64,000 nucleotides of DNA from positions 5,022,001-5,086,000 of the forward strand of contig OZ024743.1 in the NCBI GenBank assembly GCA_964016885.1. The letters run 5' to 3'. Below the pieces are notes generated by a model. The model made no database searches and was not told the origin of the DNA. It worked only from the letters and a program-made list of their open reading frames with translations. Numbering within the stretch: the first letter of the stretch is position 1; the number at the start of each line of letters is the position of its first letter. A program made the translations under genes and the position numbers. Of the stretch, positions 11,665 to 24,095 are shown piece by piece. Source of the stretch: Eledone cirrhosa (lineage: Eukaryota).

Positions 11665-12374
11665 ATCATTTACCATTTCTAACTGTATTTCGTTTGTAGC
11701 AAGGAATTTGCTTTTTTTTTTGTTGATTGTGGTAGTAGTTGTTTTTCTGTTATTCCTGCAGTAAAATAAGGAATTTGCTTTTATTTTTTGTTGAATGTGT
11801 TTGTAGTTTTTTTTCTTTTCTTTTTTTTTTTTTGTTATTCCTGCAGTAAAATAAGGGGCTTTGTTAAAATAAAATTATATTAAATTCCTTGTTTTGCTTT
11901 AAACCTCCAGAAAATTTATTTACATATTTAATAACATGGCCCTCCTCCATGACACTGCATAGCTGTTTGGCCCTCTCTCTCCAAAAGGTTGCCGACCCCT
12001 GTTCTAAGTCAAAATTCTTCTGGGGATGAAGTAGCAATCAAGTACTGAAGTCAATTCAATTGACATTCTCCTCCTACTAAAATCACTGGTCTTGTGTCCA
12101 ACGACGGCACCTGGGTACTTGGTATCTTAGGTTACCTATGTGTCCTCTTCTCTCAAATTAAATAAATTCAACTTATAGTCTGGTAAATTGACAAACCTAG
12201 TATTTGACACGTTTTGCTCTGATCAGTCTAAGAAAATTAGTAGACCTGCATTTTCTACTACACAAGCCTCACTCGCTCTCGCTAAATCATAAAACAGATC
12301 ATAACACCATACGACCCTCTCCACCGCTTTCGTTATTTCCACAACGCTGCTATGGAGCAAAAGTGTTTAGTGAT

Positions 12375-12563
12375 TTGGATTAACAGTATCAGTAGAGGGT
12401 CGGACACCATGCTTTGCAGCATAGAGTTACGCCCCTCTACGGTCTGAGTTCAAATCCCGCCGAGGTTAATTTTGCTTTTCATCCTTATGGGGTCGATAAA
12501 ATAAAGCATCAGTAATGCACTGGGATAATTGCTGGCCTTGTGCCAAAAGTAGAAACAATTATT
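12375..12563 (+). mobile_element. tRNA-derived SINE
   Basis: B box, core, tail. Confidence 0.85.
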
Positions 12564-13179
12564 TAAGTTAATAATACAAATATGTATAATTATATAAATT
12601 TATGTAAAACCGTTCTTCTTTGTGGTGGGTGAGAGATGTCTTCTCTTGTAAAAATTTCCCCATTTTGCCTCATTTCTCCCCGTTTTGGGGCACTTTTTTC
12701 ATGGTACTCCCCCCTTTGGGTGTTTAGAGGTTGACAGGTCTGTTGAAGGTTCAGTAATGTGCCTCTCTGAAGTTTGCACCTTTGACGGTTCCCTAGTTAG
12801 CCTTAATGGTAGTGCCGTGTCTGTTTGTTCCTAAATTAGAAACAATTATTTGTGATTTGCATAAACATAAAGTCGCCAGAATCAGTAACAACGGTCTGGT
12901 TTGTTTACTGTACGATTTGAAGAGATAATCTACACTATATGTAGATGAACTGGGAAATGAGGGATCTTTGTCGAGGGCCACCTAGAGATAGGCATTTGGT
13001 TTTAACAGCGAAAAATATATTAAAGAATAAAATTCTTTTGTCCAGAAGATGTGGGTTCTTTTGACGATGAATCCACCGAAGAAATGCTTACGGGTGATTT
13101 CAGTAACACTGAGAAGTAAGTATATGTGTGATAGACGAGCAGAAATGTGGGATACTCTGCCTCAACCTAAGTGAATTCT

Positions 13180-13425
13180 CACTTTTGTAAGTGGGTAACC
13201 CTAAATATATGTAATGTTTTATATTATATTTTGTTTTAATTATTGTGTGATTTATTTCATGTAATATTAAAATTTCAGTCTCTTTTTCTTGTATAACATC
13301 ATTGCCCCTACCCTCGTTTTTTATATAAATTTATCCAGCCTCACATGTATTGTAACCCCTATGTTTATAATGTTTATTGTATTATATGTGTAAACCCTTG
13401 TAGCTAATAAATAAATCATTATTGC
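13180..13425 (+). mobile_element. 3' UTR/tail of a diverged Tx1-related element
   Basis: T-rich tract then AAACCCTTGTAGCTAATAAATAAATCATTATT, matching the LINE 3' end at 21900-21943. Confidence 0.5.
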
Positions 13426-13532
13426 AATCATTATTACTAATGCGTAACCCGTTATTTTAGGGACAGAATAATATTTGGTTTCTGCACGAATCATTAACAA
13501 AACGGTGTTTGTTGATTATATGTACTTGTATA

Positions 13533-13597
<65 letters not shown>

Positions 13598-13706
13598 ATA
13601 TAACAAAGAGGGTGTGGTAAGATACCAGGTGGATCATAATACACCAGAGTACTTGGGGTAGTAGGGTGTGTAATATGAAAAGATTCAAGACCCCGACGGC
13701 TGAGCT

Positions 13707-14020
13707 AATGCTCGGTTTGTTTGTTTGTAAACAAACAAACAGCCCGAATTACGCCGTACAGTGTTTAGGCAACCACGTCACCTTTTTGTTCAACACTGAC
13801 ACAGGAACGATGTACTAGTTTCAAGCTTAAGGAAAGTATATACTTTCAGACGTTCAACCATCTGGCAGGAAGGTATACGATGCTGACGATAGCTAATAAG
13901 CTTGAAACTAGTACATCGTTCCTGTGTCAGTGTTGAACAAAAAGGTGACGTGGTTGCCTAAACACTGTACGGCGTAATTCGGGCTGTTTGTTTGTTTACA
14001 AACAAACAAACCGAACATTA
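13707..14020. repeat. Inverted repeat (~123-bp arms, ~67-bp spacer), Penelope-like pLTR remnant
   Basis: 13707-13829 is the reverse complement of 13897-14020; contains a hammerhead. Confidence 0.85.
13877..13919 (+). ncRNA. Minimal type-I hammerhead ribozyme motif (family A)
   Basis: ACGATG-CTGACGA-TAGCTAATAAGCTT-GAAAC-TA-GTA-CATCGT; perfect 6-bp stem I; AGCT/AGCT stem II; palindrome ACTAGT; GUA cleavage triplet. Confidence 0.82.
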
Positions 14021-14196
14021 TAATAAATGTTCGTAAACCGATACGTGCATATATATATATGTGTGCATGTATGTATATATATACATACTACTGCACGTCT
14101 GTATACATATATGTATGTACGTATACATACATGCCTATATATATATATATACATACATATGCATACATATATATGTATATATATTGTTATACTTGG

Positions 14197-14650
14197 GGAA
14201 CTTCCACTCTCGAGTTCTATAAAGGATTAGTGGTGGACAAGTGCGACGACGCACTCAGCGAGGCTCTGGGCGTAGACGAAGTCGAAATGTCTAGTCTTTT
14301 CCGGAGGACTTTCAAACCGGGGACTATGGATAACTTCCAGAAATCCCTCGCTTGGCAGTGCTACCGGAGGGCACTGCCGGTTCGAGATGAACTCTACAAG
14401 CACGGAAGTACTGTCAGACGGACCTACCCGAGATGCGTCGAAACCGTTCTGTTCTGCACGATTTTGTCCAGTGTCCATGTGAAGTGACATGTGAAGTGTT
14501 GTTGCGTGTAGGACGGATCTGGCTATTGACCGAGTCCATAGTGAGGATGGCCCCGTCGCCTTCTTTTGGCTGGGAAGAGCAGGCAGTTGTCTGGTGGCGG
14601 TAGCGAAAGAGGCTATGTTGTGGACCAGGTTCAGAGGACTGAAGACAGAA
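14197..14650 (+). mobile_element. Tx1/L1 ORF2 3' fragment
   Basis: GTSTLEFYKGLV...MDNFQKSLAWQCYRRALPVRD homologous to ORF2 at ~26870-27350. Confidence 0.9.
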
Positions 14651-14975
14651 GTTTCTTTCTTACCGCATTGTCTAAAAATGCTCCGCAAAAGTTGGATCAA
14701 TTCAGATGACAGCAGTTATCTCCCTTACTTGCAATTCGAGATTTGAACATCTCAATGGGAGTTTCGTCGATGAAATTGTTTCAGATGATTAAAGTATTTT
14801 CCACTCGCCATTTTCTCAATATATATATATATATATATGTGTGTATGTGTGTTTGTGTGTGTGTGTGTGTGTGTGTAGTCGATGTTGCGCAGCAGAAGCT
14901 GAAGTCTAATGACTGAATCTAGTAAAAATGTACAATAAAAGAGAATATTTTCTCTTTCTCATATATGCATATATG

Positions 14976-15020
<45 letters not shown>

Positions 15021-15363
15021 TAACTTCACGTTACACTCCCTGGATAAATATATATATATATTATTTAGGCAGCTATTTTTCCTAAAGTTCTCTGATAACA
15101 CTTGATTAATAAGCATCTACCATCTAGCATCTGCTTTCACGTACGCTTATCCCACTTCACGTAATCTCCTCTCATCTGTACAGAACTAGAAACATATAAA
15201 ACATATTGATTACTAATAGTAAAAGAAGGAAATTGTCTCATCAACACCGAAAAGATATAAACATTTATCATATATCATAAATAATTATCATATATATTTT
15301 ATGTTTATATATATATTACACGTTCGTTGGACGAGTGTCGGGACAAAGGATACGTATGTGTGT

Positions 15364-15402
15364 ATACATAAAATAATGTAACATAAAAAAGTATATATAT
15401 GC

Positions 15403-15440
<38 letters not shown>

Positions 15441-15477
15441 ATATATATACTTTTTTATGTTACATTATTTTATGTAT
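15364..15477. repeat. Palindrome centred on (TA)n
   Basis: ATACATAAAATAATGTAACATAAAAAAGT ... ACTTTTTTATGTTACATTATTTTATGTAT. Confidence 0.85.
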
Positions 15478-15693
15478 ATTTTATAACAACTGATAGTTTG
15501 CTATATTTATTATTGTCTTCATTTCCATTGCTGTAAATATGAGCATATCTGAAGTAATAAGAGCATCTATTGGTTAAAAGTCTTACTCTTTACACAAGAA
15601 TCAAATAAACTATGCATCCATGCATCCGTTAATCCATTCATATATATAAACATGCTTATGTATATATATATATTGTATTATATTATATTATAT

Positions 15694-15820
<127 letters not shown>

Positions 15821-16690
15821 GTATGAATTTATCATATTCTTATGTGTGACCGCCCCATTCACAAATAACGTATTATATACACTCTAGGTACAAGTTTCTG
15901 CAGTCCCACGTTCACATCTTGTCTCATTGAGTGTGTAATGAGAGCATCCGGGGTCATAATGGATATATTTCCTCATTAACTATAAATATTTTCGAATTCA
16001 CAGAAACCTAACGGAGATATTGTTCAATATCGACGCGATGGTCCAGGTTTGTCAAATTATCATGAGTCAGTTTTCTCGTTGCTTTGGTCCTTGCGGCTGG
16101 CTTACCGGTTGCAATCTTCAATTTGCCAAGCTGTCTACACGTAATGTTATTACTCTAAGGTAAAATACCTTATTGAGTGCTTAGCTGTACATTCCGATTG
16201 CAATCGTTAGCTTAACTGCAGCCAGAGCTTCGATTATGCTGTACTTCCATTTGTATATATATATATATATATATATAACGAAGGAACGGCTTGAGCTCTG
16301 CCCTCGGGGTCTTGAACATTTTCATATATATAGACATATATATATATAAATACATAATCGGAGAAAGCTAATAGCGATACTCCGGCCAAATCCCAACTCA
16401 CTCAACAAACATTAAGAAATAACTGAGTATATTCCTAATTAAACGTTCGGTGTGCTAACTAATTGTATTGTGTGGAAAATTGGCTGAATCATTTCATATG
16501 AGATATATCAAATATATCCCTTCCCAGACGGACGTCTTGTTTCATTATAAGATTTCTACAAGTTGGGTGAAATTATACCAATTTATGTAGAAGCTTGTAT
16601 AAGATCAACAGATACTTGAAATAACAACACAATCGGTACAGTATATGGAAGGGATATATTAGGTTAACGCTTGATATAGCAGGAAGAGGA

Positions 16691-16726
16691 TCTTAATGTT
16701 TCGGACGCTAGTCCTTCATCAGAAGA
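16691..16726 (-). ncRNA. Minimal hammerhead motif (slightly degenerate)
   Basis: Minus: TCTT-CTGATGA-AGGACTAGCGTCC-GAAAC-ATT-AAGA; GGAC/GTCC stem II; TCTT/AAGA stem I; stem III ACAT probably from ACGT. Confidence 0.6.
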
Positions 16727-16778
16727 AAGAATATGGTAAGATACCAGGTGAACCATAACGCACCAGAGTACTCAATAC

Positions 16779-17400
<622 letters not shown>

Positions 17401-17437
17401 TTTATTTTAAAACTTTTTCTTTATTCGCTAAACCTTG

Positions 17438-17475
<38 letters not shown>

Positions 17476-17554
17476 GTCTGACTCTGGAATCAATATCTCA
17501 TCAGACTCTTGGTTCATTAATGATAGGAGATATCTGGTATCATTACCGAGCCAA

Positions 17555-17641
17555 GAGTCTGATGAGCTATTGATTCCAGAGTCAGGGCCGATCGATACAG
17601 ATTGAACCTTCAGCTGATCAATCGCGAAACGCGCGTCACAC
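17555..17641 (+). ncRNA. Type-I hammerhead motif with long stem-II loop
   Basis: GAGT-CTGATGA-GCTATTGAT..(42 nt)..ATCAATCGC-GAAAC-GCGC-GTC-ACAC; stem II 8/9; palindrome ACGCGCGT; GUC triplet; stem I 3/4. Confidence 0.72.
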
Positions 17642-17721
17642 ATACATATATATCAAGGTTTAGCAAATAGAGAAAAAGTTTTAAAATAATTTTTTTAAAG
17701 TTCGCTGTACTTACTATATGT

Positions 17722-17805
17722 ACCTTTACCGCACGGTTTCAAATCCCAAAATAAATGGATAATCCAGGCGGACTTCCATTAAGAAGGGGACTCTCGTCAG
17801 AAGGT
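17722..17805 (-). ncRNA. Type-I hammerhead motif with long stem-II loop
   Basis: Minus: ACCTT-CTGACGA-GAGTCCC..GGGATTT-GAAA-CCGTGCG-GTA-AAGGT; perfect 5-bp stem I; near-palindrome ACCGTGCGGT. Confidence 0.75.
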
Positions 17806-18122
17806 TCTTCTCGCTCGGAGAATATAAAATTCCCGAGTTCAAATCACAAACTGGCGCCATACAAAACTATTCCCGGATGAGAGTGAATGAGGAAGGAACC
17901 AATTTTGTCTAGTGCCGTGTGTAAAGACAGAAGGCAGGGCGGACAGGTCAAGGTCCTGCCACTAGAAATAGCAGCAGTTCAAACGACCAAAATGTTATCT
18001 CAACCTTAAGGGAGATTAATAATAATAAAGTATGTGTAAAAAATACATATAGGGATACAAGTATTATCCAACCGTATCCAATGTGGTTCTATGGCAGGTT
18101 AAATAAATTAACGAGCCAAAAC

Positions 18123-18199
<77 letters not shown>

Positions 18200-18387
18200 C
18201 TGTAACGTAGCGCTTCGAAAAGAACTATTAGGTGCTGTATAACTAAACACATTGAAGCTGCTGCCCCAGCATGGCCGCAAGCCAATGACATAAATAAATA
18301 CATAAATATATTTGTGTGTGTGTGACTATATACACATATACACATACATACATATATATATATATATATCCACACACATATATACTG

Positions 18388-18466
<79 letters not shown>

Positions 18467-18481
18467 ATTATTATTATTATT

Positions 18482-21400
18482 ATGGAGGTCGAACCACCCG
18501 ACCTTCACAAGACCCGGGAGGTAAGTAAACCTTCCCTCTCTTTCTCTCTCTTAGCTTACCAATATGGCCATATTAAGAGTAGGAAGTTTAAATGTTCGCG
18601 GCCTGGGGTCACCCTGGAAGCAGGGTCGCCTGCTCAACGACCTCCGGTCGCTGGAAATGGATGTGATTGCCGTAAACGAGACCAGAATTTCCGACACGCG
18701 CGCACTAGCCTCCATTTTCGACGACTATCAGATCTACGCATCTGTTAGCAGGCCGGGAATGGGGGGGTGGGGGGAGGGCAGTGCTGTTTAGGAAAGGACT
18801 GGATCTCGAGGTAAGGTCGATCTTCCGGGACCCGGACGGTAAGTTGGTGGTCTTGGATGTGAGCAGTAGCGAAGGTGGTGCCTTTAGACTGCTGGCCGTC
18901 TACGCCCCTACAGGAGCCGGACGACCTGACTTCTTTAGGCGCCTGGGGACCTTTCTGGGTACGTCTCGCCCTTTACTGTTAGCGGGGGACTGGAATGGCA
19001 TCTTAGACGCACGCTGGGATTGTGTGGGAGTAGCCGATAGGAGCAGGAGGGATCATCAACAACAGATGGTGGGGGGTTCTCAAAAGAGAGATTAGAGTAA
19101 CTTCGATAGAGTTCAGCAAAGAACTAGCGTTAGAGAAAAATAGAAAGGAGGGGGATCTGGTAGATAAGTTAGACGAGGCTATTTGTAGTGGCATCGCAAC
19201 TGACGTGCTAGCGGCGAGAATGGCATTAGACCATTTCTTCAATGCCAAACACGAAGGTTGCATTGTCAGAGATAAGGCGCGTGCGCTGAGAAACGAGGGA
19301 ACTAAAGTTGTTCGATGGGCCCGCGTGGCGGAGGCGCAGCGTGGTAATAAAACCACAATTCGGTCTTTGGCGGACCGAGACGGACACGAGATAACCGATT
19401 CCAAGCGGATGTGTGAGGCCTTTCGCCAGCACTTTGCTCGGTTGTTCAGGGAGAGTGGCGAGTCAGAGAGAGTAGCGGATTTCAGTCCCTACCTTGACGG
19501 CTTGCCGCGCATCTCGACGGTCGACGCTGAGCGCTGCGAAAGGCCGATTACTTCAGCCGAAATTCAGGACGCCCTTGTCGGCTGCATGAGGCGCAAGTCA
19601 CCCGGTTTGGATGGCCTGCCCTACGAGCTTTACATAAATATGCCAGACTTGTTCTCCGAACTCCTCGAAGCACTCTACTGCAACTGGCAGCAGAATGGGA
19701 GTATTCCCAGTTCTGTAAGCAGGGGAGTGGTGACGCTGATAAGGAAAGACGAGAACAAGAGGGATACATTAGACAACTTCAGGCCCATAACTCTTCTCAA
19801 CACAGAGTTTAAGATTTTGGCCAAGGTGTTAGCAAAGAGATTGGCGCTTGTCGTCGAGGATTTGGTTGGGGAGGCGCAAACTTGCGCAATCCCAGCCAGG
19901 TCCATACACGACAATCTCCACCTCATGCGATACATCATAGAGAGGGTAGGGTGTAAACCTGGCTTCGGTGGGGCACTGATCAATTTAGATCAATCGAAAG
20001 CATTCGATAGGGTCGACCATCGGTATCTGGAGTTTGTCCTCAAAGCAGCTGGCTTCGGCCCTGTCTTTAGAAGCTGGATCGTTGCAATGCACAGCGGCAC
20101 ACGCTCGGTGGTCAAGGTTAATGGCCACCTCTCGGAACCATTTCGGCTCTCCCGATCGGTCCGTCAAGGGTGCCCTCTCTCTTTCCTTCTGTACGTATTG
20201 ACTCTCGAGCCTTTACTGCGGAAGCTGGAGCTGTTGCAGGGCATCCCGCTCGAACCGGAACGTGGAAGGGCGGTCTCGGCTTATGCGGACGACATCACCG
20301 TGATGGTGTCGAACACCTCAGAAATCGAGGTGGTCGGCACCTTATTGAAGGAATATGAAAGGTTGACAGGAGCCAAACTTAACCCGGAAAAGTCGGTGGG
20401 CTTGCAGCTCGGAACCTGGAGAGGCAGGCCCATGCCGTCCAACAGCGTCGTGGGGCGCTGGACGGACGGACCGGTAAAGTTGCTCGGGGTTTGGTTCGGA
20501 CCCGACCTCCAGGTGGAAAAGAATTGGGACGAGGTAACGAGCAGAGTAACCAGTCTCACCCAAAAATGGGCTGGGAGGAAGCTATCACTGAAAGGTCGCG
20601 CGGAGGTGGCGAATGCGTACATCGCGTCCGTCATCTACTACCGCCTAACCGTCGTGCCTTGCCCCCGTCCGCGCCTCGTCAAGTTGGAACGACTCCTCTT
20701 CAAATTCTTGTGGAGAGGACAAGTTCCGTTGGTGAGGCGGTCCATCTGCTGCCAGCACCCTCTACGCGGAGGTATGAGGGTGGCTAATGATGCGCAGACA
20801 TGCGTTGAGGCTGCGACATCTCCAGATATTCTGCCTCAATGGTGAACAGGTGTGGTCGCCGTTTATCAGACGGGCCTTTCCGTAGCTCATTTCTTTGACT
20901 GAGCTGCAGTCCTGGGTCAAGAAGAGACCGAGACTGGGTGACTGGCACCTGGAATGTTGCCAGGCACTCACTGCCCTCTACCAAGCGGGCAATGCGATCA
21001 GTGGAACTTCCACTCTCGAGTTCTATAGAGGATTAGTGGTGGGCAAGTGCGATGACGCACTCGGAGAAGCTTTGGGCCTCGACGAAGTCGAACTGACCAG
21101 TCTGTACCGGAGGACTTTTGAGCCGGGGACGATGGACAATTTCCAGAAATCCCTCGCTTGGCAGTGCTACCGGGGGGCACTGCCGGTTCGGGATAAACTC
21201 TACAGGCACGGAAGTGCTGTCAGACGGACCTGCTCAAGATGCGCACAGAACGACGAAACCGTTCTGCACGCACTTGTCCAATGTCCGTGCATTACTGATT
21301 GTGGAGTTATGTCGAACAGCTACTGTCACGTGTGGAACGAATCCGGCTATCGGCCGAGTCCATAGTGAAGATCGAGCCGCCACCTTCCTTAGGTCAGGAA

Positions 21401-21943
21401 GAGCAGGAAATTTTCCTCTGTCTGGTGGCAGTTGCGAAAGGGATTATATGGTGGACCAGGTTGAAAGGACTAAAGACAGATACTTTTCTCTTCGGCCAAT
21501 CCCTCATCAACTTCTTCAAGTTTCACCTGGAAAGGAAGGTGAGGGTGGAGAGAGAAGTGCTGCCCCCCAGTACATTTGCTAAAAGGTGGGTGAATGTGGC
21601 GAGAATGGCTCGTGTGAATGGGCCTACTCTGACCATGCGCCTATAGGCTGGCTAACTTGAGGAGAGGGGTGCTCTCCCTGGGTGCCCTAGAAGCGCAGGG
21701 TGGTTCAGGATTGGTGGGGTACCCAAATCACCCCAGGGTCGTCCACCCCCTATCGGGGAATTTATTTTGTTATATTTATGCATAGTTTATTTTATATTTT
21801 TATATTTTCATTGTTAAATTAGTCTTGCCATTGTGCACTTTTACTCGACCTTATTGTAAACCCCCACTGTCCCTGTCTTTGTATTGTCCCCTACATGTCG
21901 GCCCTGGTGGCTAATAAATGAAATCATTATTATTATTATTATT
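18482..21943 (+). mobile_element. 5'-truncated, degenerate L1/Tx1-clade LINE (last codons of ORF1, broken ORF2, 3' UTR, (ATT)n tail)
   Basis: Colinear with 24019-27790; ~340-bp deletion near 19050, several frameshifts, in-frame TAG near 20883; preceded by (ATT)7. Confidence 0.95.
19205..20845 (+). pseudogene. Reverse transcriptase segment of degenerate ORF2
   Basis: KSPGLDG, FRPITLLN, DQSKAFD, QGCPLS, YADD motifs; reading frame broken at both ends. Confidence 0.9.
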
Positions 21944-22155
21944 GACGAAAGTGGATGTACGTTTTTTGAAGCTCCGTGAGTAAGCAATGTTTTGAGGATT
22001 AATTGTAGAGAATTGTTTATTTTTTGTACCGCTGAAGCATTATAAGACATTAATTTGTATCCTGTGAAGGAATAACTCATAATATTTGGGCCTTTTGGCC
22101 CAAATATTTGAACTTTATTTTGAAAAAAAAATAATAATTTTTTTCTCAAAAAAAC

Positions 22156-24066
22156 ATGGCGGAGCCACGCCCCCTAGAGGCGGGTCTGCTGTCGTGCAAC
22201 GGCGACTTGAGCGTTGAGAGGAGAGGTGAGGCGAGGAGCGCCACCAACACGAATGTGAGCAGCGACAGTGCCAGCACCAACGGGCCGAGCGGCGCGGAAG
22301 GTGGTAACAGCGACAACACCAACACCAACAAGCCGAACAGCGCAGAAGGTGGTAATAGCGAGAGCACCAACAAAACGAACAGCACAGAGAGTAATAGTAG
22401 CGACAGCAGCAGCACCAACAAGGCCAACAGCACAGAAGGTAACCACGACACAGGGGAGAACAACAACAGCAATAGCAGCAGCAACACCAACAAGAACAAC
22501 AACAGTGACAACACCAACAAGAACACTTTCGCTGCTGTGGCAGCGGCTAAAAGGAGACCATGCTACAGCATCGACTTAACCAACAGAGAGGAAAAGTTGG
22601 CCCAGGCCTGGAAAATCATAAATCAAGAGCAGACCTGGGCAAACTTAACTGTCCCGGCAGAAGCCATTGAGGCAGTGGAAAAAAGAACGGTGCATTTCAG
22701 ATGCATCTCAGTAGAGACAAAGAGGGCAGCGATAATCGCCCAAGCTGACATAGAAGCCGCACTGAAATACATCAGAGAGGACACAGACTTCATAGAGAGG
22801 GGCAGGCAATACGGCACCGTTTCGGTGCTGTTCAAGTCTGAAGCCCTCGCTGTGAAGCATTCAATGACCCCTTGCAAAACCAGCAAGGTCATAATGTACC
22901 CCTCCCACATGGGAAAACGAATAGCACGTGTGCGCATTCCCAGGATTCCACCAGGACTTGATATGTGGTGGCTCCTGGGTTGCGTAATCGTGGAAGGAAC
23001 GGATACAGTCCCGGTAGAGGCAACGAGAACTGCCAGGGACGACTGGTCCGGGGTTGATCTGGAGATACTGCTCCAAATCAGACCCGAAAACGTGAAAGCA
23101 ATCCCGGACCACATCCGCCTCCAAAACGGGAGGGTGTTGCATATAATGACTGAGGGCAAAAGTCCGCATTGTTTCCTTTGTGGGGAAACGACACACTTGC
23201 GAGCCTTCTGCCCTCAACTGCCGAAAAGCGCAAGGGGTCGAAAGATTCCACTGCTGGCGACGCCGGGACAAGGACCACCAGCAACACCGTCAACAATGGA
23301 ACCACCAAAATTGCACACCCAGGGGGGAAACGAGGAAAGCTCTCCCATTCCCCCTCCCCCCAAAAATACACACACGAACAAGAACATAAACACTCACTCA
23401 GACACAAACACGCTCACAGCCACAGACCCCTCATCCTCCAGCAGTGAAGATGAGGGAAAACCAAAGTCCCCCAAAATACAAAAAACAAAACACAAAAAAA
23501 AAAGAAATCCACAAAGCACAAACACCCCCACAAAAGAAAATACACACACCACCCACACAAACATTTTCCCCACAGCATCACCAACACAACCACCAAAATC
23601 CCCCAAACGCAAACAAGCTAAACAGACACAAGAACAAATAGACACACAAACATCAGAAACTACAGACACCCCACCCACAACAAACGCAGACACAATAGAA
23701 ACAACACTAACAAAGCTATCACCACCACAATCACACGAACAAATAAAACCCGAGCAACAAAACATTAAAAACTTCGTGCTTGCCAGAAGGGCCAACACGG
23801 AATTGATGGCCCATGTAGCACGAAGCACAAACATCGAAAAAGACGGGGAAACATTTGAAGCGAGCACATTTCGCGTACCAGATAATTTGCTTCTGATGCG
23901 AATGTCGCTCGCTTCATACAAAGAAATTCGAAAGAGCTTTCCTCGGGATGTGGGAACCCCGAACGTAAAACCCACGTCAAGACTATTAAAGGGGTTCCCA
24001 AAAGAAACCCCACAAACCATGGAGGTCGAACCACCCGACCTTCACAAGACCCCGGAAGGTAAGTAA
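22156..24066 (+). CDS. LINE ORF1 protein (636 aa) with CCHC zinc knuckle
   Basis: ATG-initiated open frame; CFLCGETTHLRAFC (CX2CX4HX4C) at ~23170-23211; low-complexity N- and C-terminal arms; directly upstream of ORF2. Confidence 0.9.
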   Translation: MAEPRPLEAGLLSCNGDLSVERRGEARSATNTNVSSDSASTNGPSGAEGGNSDNTNTNKPNSAEGGNSESTNKTNSTESNSSDSSSTNKANSTEGNHDTGENNNSNSSSNTNKNNNSDNTNKNTFAAVAAAKRRPCYSIDLTNREEKLAQAWKIINQEQTWANLTVPAEAIEAVEKRTVHFRCISVETKRAAIIAQADIEAALKYIREDTDFIERGRQYGTVSVLFKSEALAVKHSMTPCKTSKVIMYPSHMGKRIARVRIPRIPPGLDMWWLLGCVIVEGTDTVPVEATRTARDDWSGVDLEILLQIRPENVKAIPDHIRLQNGRVLHIMTEGKSPHCFLCGETTHLRAFCPQLPKSARGRKIPLLATPGQGPPATPSTMEPPKLHTQGGNEESSPIPPPPKNTHTNKNINTHSDTNTLTATDPSSSSSEDEGKPKSPKIQKTKHKKKRNPQSTNTPTKENTHTTHTNIFPTASPTQPPKSPKRKQAKQTQEQIDTQTSETTDTPPTTNADTIETTLTKLSPPQSHEQIKPEQQNIKNFVLARRANTELMAHVARSTNIEKDGETFEASTFRVPDNLLLMRMSLASYKEIRKSFPRDVGTPNVKPTSRLLKGFPKETPQTMEVEPPDLHKTPEGK

Positions 24067-24095
24067 ACCTTTCCTCTCCCATTCATCCTGCCAGC

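Larger units (their letters stand above)
8877..12001 (+). mobile_element. Internally deleted hAT (Charlie/SPIN-like) DNA transposon carrying a tandem array
   Basis: 8-bp TSD TTCTAAGT at 8869-8876 and 12002-12009; right TIR AAGGTTGCCGACCCCTG; left end CAG-AACCTT equals the same TIR with an 8-nt deletion; transposase remnants inside. Confidence 0.78.

Noticed and set aside
21940-22080. 5'-terminal hammerhead or HDV-like ribozyme in the Tx1 5' UTR
   Set aside because: TTGACGA..GAAG lacks the core and stems; no nested pseudoknot found by eye
24059-24094. 36-nt intron fusing ORF1 to ORF2
   Set aside because: Very short, and removal leaves ORF2 out of frame in the intact copy (in frame only in the decayed copy)
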